Part shown: positions 8,851 to 15,800 of the stretch, one piece after another
Layout: every line of letters begins with the position of its first letter
Numbering within the stretch: position 1 is the first letter of the stretch
NCBI GenBank assembly: GCA_903898975.1
Contig: CAIUHT010000984.1
Span: 1-24,943 of the forward strand
DNA: 24,943 bases
DNA from: an uncultured Planctomycetaceae bacterium
GTDB lineage: Bacteria; Planctomycetota; Planctomycetia; Planctomycetales; Planctomycetaceae
Reading direction: 5' to 3'
Position numbers and translations under genes: made by a program
The notes under the pieces: generated by a model
The model's database searches: none
Told to the model about the DNA's origin: nothing
What the model saw: the letters and a program-made list of their open reading frames with translations, nothing else

Positions 8851-8958
8851 GCCCGGCACCATCTGCCCGGCACCATCTGCCCGGCACCATCTGCCCGGCA
8901 CCATCTGCCCGGCACCATCTGCCCGGAGCCATCTGCCCGGAGCCATCTGCCCGGAGCC
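8851..8958. repeat. 14-bp tandem repeat (VNTR), ~7.7 units
   Basis: 5x GCCCGGCACCATCT (8851-8920), then 2x GCCCGGAGCCATCT (8921-8948), then a partial GCCCGGAGCC (8949-8958). There are no spacers. Confidence 0.97.
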
Positions 8959-9099
8959 CCCGTTCGGACCCCAAGTCCGGGCCCCCCGCCCAGCTGCTCC
9001 GATGTCCGTCTCGGCCGCGGTGAGTGACTCTCGACAGCCGCAGAACCAGTCACAGCGGTCCGAGTTGGACTCGGCCACGTCCTGTTTCCCAGCGTCGCT

Positions 9100-9136
9100 G
9101 CGGCGAACGACTGGCCGCGACGAACGACTGGCTGCG
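9100..9136. repeat. 17-bp-period direct duplication
   Basis: GCGGCGAACGACTGGCCGCG (9100-9119) vs GCGACGAACGACTGGCTGCG (9117-9136), 18/20 identical. Confidence 0.75.
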
Positions 9137-9257
9137 GCAGCGAACACCCTCGGACCGGTGTCGGGCTCGCGTCGCGGCCTGGCAAGTCTCCTTGCTCAGG
9201 CCGCGGGTGAGCCTGCGAAGGCGCAACCAACCGTGTTTCGTCGCGCCCGGGATAGTC

Positions 9258-9279
9258 AGCGGGAGACGCGGTTCCCGCT
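9258..9279 (-). terminator. Possible hairpin after the 734-aa gene
   Basis: AGCGGGA / TCCCGCT 7-bp stem with an 8-nt loop, 18 nt past the stop at 9297. No U-tract. Confidence 0.3.
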
Positions 9280-9296
9280 CGAATGATGCTGGGTAA

Positions 9297-11501
9297 TCAG
9301 GGCATCAGGCCTCCCGGCGCCGAGCCGTTTTCGGGCGAGCCCGAGTCGTCCTTCGTGTGCAGCACCTTGGTGACCAGTGTCTCGAGGCGTCGCTCGAGCA
9401 TGCCACAGGCGCGCGACAGATGGGGTCTGAGGTCGGAAATCTCGCGAATCACCAGCGCCAGCCGGTTCGCGACCGGTTCGACCAGCACCATCCGCCGCTC
9501 GAATTGTGGCTCGTGCAGAACCACTTCGACCAGGTTGTTGAAATGATGTGTCAGGCGGGTCATCCGCTCGGCGATCTCGGGTGCCGGCGGTTCGTTCCAG
9601 TGGGGGCCCCGCAGCGCGTCGAGCAGATTGTTCAATTGGCAGGTGAGCACCAGCATCTGGACCCGGAGAGGGAGATGACCTTCAGACGGCTCCTCGGGAT
9701 CGATCAGCCAATCCTCCTCCTCGGCCACCCCTACGGGCTGTGACTGGCCCTCAGCGGCCAGGCCCGGCTCTTCCCTGCCGAGGCTGGCGTCGATAAGGCC
9801 CGCACCCGGCAACTCGCCTCCCAGTCGTTCCCCACCAAGCCGCTGGTTGCCTTGCGGACCGGTCCGGGAAGCGGTGGCGGCCGGGGTGCTGTCGGGACCC
9901 GTCCGGGGAGTTGAGTCGCCGGGCGATGACGAGGTCAAAGAGACCAGGTGGCCGCCACCCCCGACCGTTGGCGACGGGCCCGCATCGGGCGGGGCTCCCG
10001 CCTTCAGGGGAGCTGTTGGACCGGCTTTCCAGGGGTTTTCTGAATTGTCCTCAGATTCTTCATCGTCGTCGCATCCGCCTCGATAGCTGATCGAGTACTC
10101 ATCTTCGGGTCGGATGTACGGATCGTCTTCGTAGTCCTGCCGGGTCTCGTGTACCAGGCTGAAGGCGAACTCTTCGTCGAAGTACGACGATTCGAGAAAC
10201 CAGAACGAGGGCCCTGGCAGTTCGGACAGCATCTGGCAGCACGGGCAGTCTGGCCCGCACGTGGAGGACTTGGCCGACATCTCGATGGGCAGGCGGGAAC
10301 GTTCCCGCTCGATGATCTGGCGAGGAACGCGGTCACCCAGGTCGTCGTGCGGACTGTCGAGCCAGGTGTCGCGGAAGATGGCCAGCCGGGCGACCTCGGC
10401 ATCGAGAATCTCGGCAGTGAGCACATCGCCCGTGGAGAACTCAGCAGTGGGAACTTGAGCAGTGGGCACTTCGGAGGTCAGTGTGGGAGCATTCCCATCG
10501 AGCCAGGCCTGGCGGGCCTGCCAGGTCGAGTTCAGCAGTGCCCGCACAAGGTCGTAGTGCAGGATCAGTTCGTGATCGCCGGGGGGGCCAGACTGCCAGG
10601 CGGCCGAGGCGCGGGGGACCCCCGGGGGAGACCGCTGCAACAGGCTCCATGCATCGCACCGATCCTGGATGTCCTGGCCCACATGCCTGCGACCGCGGAT
10701 GAGCAGGCCCCGGGGGGCCTGCCCTGCGATCAACGGGTTGGGTGACAGCAGCCAGGCCGCGTGGACCCGGGCGAACATCCGCTGAATCTGCCAGAAGGCG
10801 CGCTTCGCAGCGCTCTTGGGCGAGTCGTCGTGGTCCGCCGCAGCGTTTTCGTCCTCCCCGTCGAAGTCGCTGTCGTCGAGATCCTCGTCGTCATCGGAAT
10901 CGTCGTCAGGGGCTTCGTCGACGAGGCGGGTGCGCCCGGCGGTCAACCCGTTCCGCCAGACCTCTTCGACCAGAAAGCGTAACAGCCCTTCGCCGTACAT
11001 CAGTTGCCGCAGATCGTGCCGGGGGCGGGAGGCACGTTCCCGTCGGCGGGCCTCGGCCAACTCGGTCCAGCGCGAGTTCTGCGAGACGAACAGCCAGTCG
11101 GGGGCGAGGTGATAGGGCAACCGGATGCCCGTCAGGAATTGCCCGTTGTGATACCGCACCTCTCCCGAAGGCTGGGGATCGGAGTAGGACGAGTTGACGA
11201 CCACCAGGCGGGCTCCCAGGTCGATGACAACCAGCCCCGCATCGTGGGACCGATTGATCAACCCGGGAGACATCCCCAGGTCGAGCCGGTCTCCCCGCCG
11301 GGGCTTTTCGAACCGGGCAGCGGCGATCTCCAGCTCTTCGAGGGTTTCGGGGTCGGAACCCAGCGCGGCAATCACCCGGTCGGCGGTCCCCCCATGCACG
11401 ATCCCCGACCACTGCAGTCCTTTTGTGGGGTCGTACGCTCCGGCCTCCACCAAGCCCCCGACGCCCCCCGCCTCACACACCACCAATCGAACTTCGCTCA
11501 T
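9297..11501 (-). CDS. Hypothetical 734-aa protein with two Xre/MbcA/ParS-C-terminal-like motifs, a CxxxCxCC cluster and acidic/disordered linkers
   Basis: Long ORF with globular N-terminal and central blocks. Motifs WLLSPNPLIAGQAPRGLL (aa 250-267), WLDSPHDDLGDRVPRQII (aa 380-397) and CGPDCPCC (aa 415-422). Asp/Glu tracts, a Pro/Gly-rich linker and a helical C-terminal block. The CDS is well supported; the function is not. Confidence 0.82.
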   Translation of the reverse strand: MSEVRLVVCEAGGVGGLVEAGAYDPTKGLQWSGIVHGGTADRVIAALGSDPETLEELEIAAARFEKPRRGDRLDLGMSPGLINRSHDAGLVVIDLGARLVVVNSSYSDPQPSGEVRYHNGQFLTGIRLPYHLAPDWLFVSQNSRWTELAEARRRERASRPRHDLRQLMYGEGLLRFLVEEVWRNGLTAGRTRLVDEAPDDDSDDDEDLDDSDFDGEDENAAADHDDSPKSAAKRAFWQIQRMFARVHAAWLLSPNPLIAGQAPRGLLIRGRRHVGQDIQDRCDAWSLLQRSPPGVPRASAAWQSGPPGDHELILHYDLVRALLNSTWQARQAWLDGNAPTLTSEVPTAQVPTAEFSTGDVLTAEILDAEVARLAIFRDTWLDSPHDDLGDRVPRQIIERERSRLPIEMSAKSSTCGPDCPCCQMLSELPGPSFWFLESSYFDEEFAFSLVHETRQDYEDDPYIRPEDEYSISYRGGCDDDEESEDNSENPWKAGPTAPLKAGAPPDAGPSPTVGGGGHLVSLTSSSPGDSTPRTGPDSTPAATASRTGPQGNQRLGGERLGGELPGAGLIDASLGREEPGLAAEGQSQPVGVAEEEDWLIDPEEPSEGHLPLRVQMLVLTCQLNNLLDALRGPHWNEPPAPEIAERMTRLTHHFNNLVEVVLHEPQFERRMVLVEPVANRLALVIREISDLRPHLSRACGMLERRLETLVTKVLHTKDDSGSPENGSAPGGLMP

Positions 11502-11532
11502 TTCGGCACCATGTAGTTGTCACAAGAGAACA

Positions 11533-11552
11533 GTCAGTTCAAACGAACAGTA
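11533..11552. promoter_or_regulatory. LexA/SOS-box-like palindrome upstream of the 734-aa gene
   Basis: GTCAGTTC-AAAC-GAACAGTA matches TGTTC-N4-GAACA at 9/10 specified positions and CTGT-N8-ACAG at 7/8. It lies 32-51 nt upstream of the ATG. Confidence 0.5.
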
Positions 11553-11558
11553 CAAGAC

Positions 11559-11587
11559 TATTTATCGGCAGTGAGATCGGATGTCAA
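11559..11587 (-). promoter_or_regulatory. Sigma70-type promoter candidate for the 734-aa gene
   Basis: Minus strand TTGACA (11587-11582), 17-nt spacer, then TAAATA (11564-11559). The -35 is perfect and the -10 is weak; the region is locally AT-rich. Confidence 0.45.
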
Positions 11588-12253
11588 CTAAAAAAATTCA
11601 TGAAGAAATGCTCTGATCAGATCAGACTGTTCATCAATCTCTTTGACATCCATTTGGCCCGAGGAAAAACAGCGGGAAATCGTGTATGAAACGCCTGAAA
11701 ACGCCGGAGTCAGAACCGTTCCCGCAGCGCGACTTTCAATACGTGATCGCCGAGGTGAATTCCTGGCCAATGCCGGTCCGGAATAGTGAACAGGTAAATC
11801 AAGGGGACGGAATTACATTGACTGGATTGTCGGCAAAGCCCCCTATGGAATCACTCGAAACATTCGGGCGACCCGCCGGAGATTGCCCAGCAGGTGGCTT
11901 GAACAGGCCACGTGGGGATTCGTTCCAATCGCTGATCAGGACGGTCGTCCGCCACTGGGAGCTCAGCTCAGTGCTGCCCAGTCGAACTGGGTCTCTCTGG
12001 AGCCTGGCCCAGGGAGGACGGTGCCACGGAATTTCGAGCGAGAACAACCTCGCCGCAGGCAGCCAGCGTGCGGGGACCCGGTCGGTTCACAGCCCCGAGT
12101 TGGTCGCAGCCTTGACTGGGCCTGGTTGAGATTCGACCCACTCGCCACCCCCTTGTGTGACGGGTGGGCGAAGGTGCCACTCGGAGAGTTGAACCACCGG
12201 GACCGGCACAGGCTGTGTCAACTGGGACTGGGACTGGGTCAATTGGTCAGAGT

Positions 12254-12793
12254 TCAATTGGCTTGATCGGGCGTGTCGCGAGGTGGGGGGGGTGGTCGGC
12301 GATCGAAGCGACCATAAATCCGCCAGTATCCGGTGATATTGCTGGTCAGGAAGGCCGCTTCCATCAGGGTCGCCACGGGAGTTCCCGCGAGCAGATTGTG
12401 CAGCAGCCAGCAGGTGTTGCCGATCATGAAACAGAGTCGCATGACCTGATCAGACTGCTGAAAACTTCCCAGGGTGCCCGCAATCACCGCTGTCAGCACC
12501 AGCCAGCTGAGAGGGCCGCTGAAGGTTCCTGCGACCCCGGCCACCGCGACCGCCAGGAACAGCCCCTGCAACCACCGTGGACGGTAGCAGAGCGCGGTCG
12601 CATACCGCGTGGCGGTCAGCAGCAGCATGAGGGCGGGCGTTGAGCGATCGAGCAGCCAGAAATGGGCCGCGTTCAAGAGCGCCAACCCCGTCAGCCAGGT
12701 CAAAACCCCACGTCGCGCTCGGCATTGGTAAGAGACGAGGCCACACGCCAGCGCGCCGCCCGCCAGGATCTGCGACCAGAGGAAGGAGTTCAT
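12254..12793 (-). CDS. YgjV-family inner membrane protein
   Basis: 179 aa, very hydrophobic. The pattern SQILAG...SYQ...AAHFWLL...A...R and a second half with GTLGSF...R...GNTCWLLHNLLAGT..ATLMEA resembles Imp-YgjV proteins. Confidence 0.78.
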   Translation of the reverse strand: MNSFLWSQILAGGALACGLVSYQCRARRGVLTWLTGLALLNAAHFWLLDRSTPALMLLLTATRYATALCYRPRWLQGLFLAVAVAGVAGTFSGPLSWLVLTAVIAGTLGSFQQSDQVMRLCFMIGNTCWLLHNLLAGTPVATLMEAAFLTSNITGYWRIYGRFDRRPPPPPRDTPDQAN

Positions 12794-12875
12794 GGGGTGT
12801 TCACGCAGCGCGGCGGGGGGTGGTGATCGCCAGGGTCTTGGGTCTGCCGGGCTCCCATCGGCCCAGGGTCCGCAC

Positions 12876-15800
12876 TCACCGCTCGATCAGCAGCACATCG
12901 ACTGTGTTCAGGGGCAGTCTGGCCCGCAGTGTGGTTTCGGCATGTTGGAACTCGACCGCCGCCCCTCGCGCCGTCCGCACCTGGCGGGGGGTGAAGCCAA
13001 CGTCGCTGACCGTCACGTCCACTGCGGTCTTGGGTGATCCAGACCAGTTGAGCAGCGTCACGGCGATCCCTTTCTCAGACTCGAGCAAGGCGGGCTCGAT
13101 CAACTCTTCCGACACCTGCACATCGATTGGGACCTGGGCGAGCCGCGTGGGCAGCGTGGCCAACTCGCGCCACTGCGCCGACCAGCCGACGGGCAGGCGC
13201 GTCACATCCCCCCGGTCGGGACTTCCCCAGTAACTTGCCCCGGGCCAGCAGCCATATTGCACCACCTGCCCAGTACCAGTTTTCCGCACCACCAGCACGG
13301 GCAGGTCTTTGTCTGTGCGCACCAGCACACTGCCCGTGGCACCCGCCAGCGGGTTCACAGAGTAGGGGGTCGCGAGGCCTGCGTCGTCGGGGCTGGTCGG
13401 TGTCAATCGTCCAGCGCCCGGTTCGAGTACCAGTCGCTGGCGGGGGGCGTTCCCCAGTTCGTGCACGCCCAAGGCCGCCTTTCTGGGAATTTCACTGCCT
13501 TGGCCGGTCTGCAGTTCGGTCGCGAAGAGCGGCGTTGGTTCGTGCACTTCATCGAAGCCGCAGGCACCGGGCAGCACCGCCAGTGTCCCTCCCTGCCGGG
13601 TCCAGTCGACCAGCCGCTGCTGGGCCACCAGCGACAGATCGGGAGCGGTCACGTAGGCCGCGCGGTAGCCTCCCGCCTGCAGTCGTCCCTCGGCCAGCGC
13701 CACATCGTCCAGGAAGTCGACGGTGTGGTGGGAATGCACCAGGGCGGCGTGCAGGCCGTAGAGTTCATGCAGGTATTCGGGGACGCGGGCGTCGTCATTC
13801 CACACCTGGCTGGCCTGGGGGAACACAATGGCCACGCGGGCTGGTCGCGGTCGGCCCGGGTACAGCAACGCCTCGGCCCGACCCAACAGTTCGATTCCCC
13901 GAGACAGCGACTGGTAGCGGGCTTCACTGTCGGACCAGCCATCGGCGAAGGCGGCGTTTGGCCCGAACGTGTACGGGTCGATCACCTTGGCCCCATGCCC
14001 AATCAGCGCGAGCATCTTGAGCGCGCCGCCGTCGGGTAATCCACTCCAGCCCGTCGACTGACCGACCACATACCCGCCAAACTCGAGCTCTTGTTCGCGA
14101 GTTGCCGAGCGGAGCAGATCGGCGTACAGGCTCCATAGCCCGGCGTCGTGGTCGGCGAACCAGTCTTCGGTCCACAGGCAGGTCACCGCCCGCTTGCGAC
14201 CCAGGTCGAACCAGTCGGGCATGCCCATCGCCGCGTCGGGACCCCGATCGGTGTTGTTGGCAATGGGCTGCCCGGGCGACGGGATATAAAACCGCCCCGG
14301 CCAGTTGTTGAGGTTGGTGGTGGTCAGGACTCGCTGGTTCAGCTTGCGCTGCAGAGCGGCGGTCGCCGCAGCGAAGGACTGGCTGAGCGACTCGGCGTAA
14401 AACCGCGCTGTCCAATAATGCAACCGTCTCTTGGCGACCGATGCCCGGGCCGCCGACTGGCCCAGCGGCGCGACCGCCTCCCAGGTGGTCTCTCCCAAAT
14501 CGGCCGGCTGCAATCCCTTCCCCCGCAGGAAGTCGTGAAAGACCCGGAGGCGGTCGGAGGATTGGGTGACCTCCGCGAACTGCGCGGGGAAGTACCAGCC
14601 AGGCTCGTCGGCGAGATGGAACAGCGCCAGTTCGTCGGTCCCTGCTCCCTGGCCGATCAGCGAACCGGCCTGTCCCGAGGCCCAGGTGTCGAGAAACCCC
14701 GGTTCGACCTGCGGGCGGTCGTAGTCGAAGTAGGCGGGAGGGTTGTAGATCGCCGCCCGGGCCCGGGGCAGGCGGTGCTGCCGGATGCGTTGGCCCACGC
14801 GGGCACCGTCTGTGCCAGCGAAGCCCCAGACCTGCACTGTGTTGTGCCCCAGCAGTTCGACCGCTTCCAGCCCCGCTTCCAGTGCCCGGGAATTGGCGTC
14901 GATGCCGATCACCCCATTGGAGATGAGGAATTGCCGGGGGCGATATTCGGGGGGCACGGCATGCTTGCGCGCGTAATCGCGGCAACGTTCGTAGTAATCG
15001 GTCGACGATTCGACCTGGGCCCAGTAGTCGTCGCCCGCCGCCTCGCCCAGTCGGGGCAACAGCACGGCGGCTGCCGAACCAATCAGCTCAAGTTCGAACG
15101 CCTTGACCCGCGGTTCTCCGCTTTCCGGACGGTGGCGAACTTCGAGGATGACTCGGGCCCGCGAGACATCACCTCCCCGCAGGACCAGGCGGGCAACCGC
15201 CCGCCCCAAGCCATCCTTCAGGTGTTCGTCGAGAGGCACCCAGTCCGACTGAATCCCTGGAGCCAGGAAGGGGAGCGGCAGGCTCTTTCCCGCCACTTCC
15301 AGGCTGGCAAGCGCCCCCACGCGCGGCTGACCCTCGGGATCGAAGGCGATGCGCTCTAACTGGCCGGGCCAGCTTCCCGCGAAGAGTTGTGTGCCGCTGG
15401 GTGTGAATGCGAGTTCCGACTTCCCCTGTTCGCGGGCCGGATGGGGGGTGGGGAGCCCCTGTGGTTCGCCGTGCTCATCGAGCCGCCAGCGAAACAGCCG
15501 GGAGTCGCCCCAGCCCGCCTCCCACAACTCGCGCCCCTGCGGAGCGACCACCAGTGCCAAGGGAGAGCTCCCGGTGTTCTGAGAGAGATAGGCGCGCGGG
15601 CGGGCGTCGCGATCTGAGGCAGGCGCGGTGGTGTTGTCACGGGGATCTCCCTGGGCGTCGAGCGAATAGACGGCGAGGAAACCTTCCTCCCGCTGGGGAT
15701 TCTCGGGACTGCCCCCCACGTAGAGACGTTGGCGCACGGGATCGAGCCAGAGAGCCGACAGGGTTCCCCGCCGGGCGATTGCGGGCCGCGGATTGCGGGT

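Noticed and set aside
8851-8958. CRISPR array
   Set aside because: The units are 14 bp and contiguous, with no unique spacers and no cas genes.
8356-9286. ORFs crossing the VNTR (8356-9027, 8849-9286, 8689-9147, 8832-9230)
   Set aside because: They stay open because the repeat has no stop codons; low complexity and no motifs. Kept only as a speculative frame-switch idea.
11686-12129. 147-aa + strand ORF and the overlapping small ORFs up to 12266
   Set aside because: Weak codon bias, no motif and several competing ORFs of similar quality; cannot be supported as a CDS.
9297-12250. Integrated mobile element around the orphan gene
   Set aside because: No integrase, transposase, tRNA or flanking direct repeats seen; only the promoter region is AT-rich.
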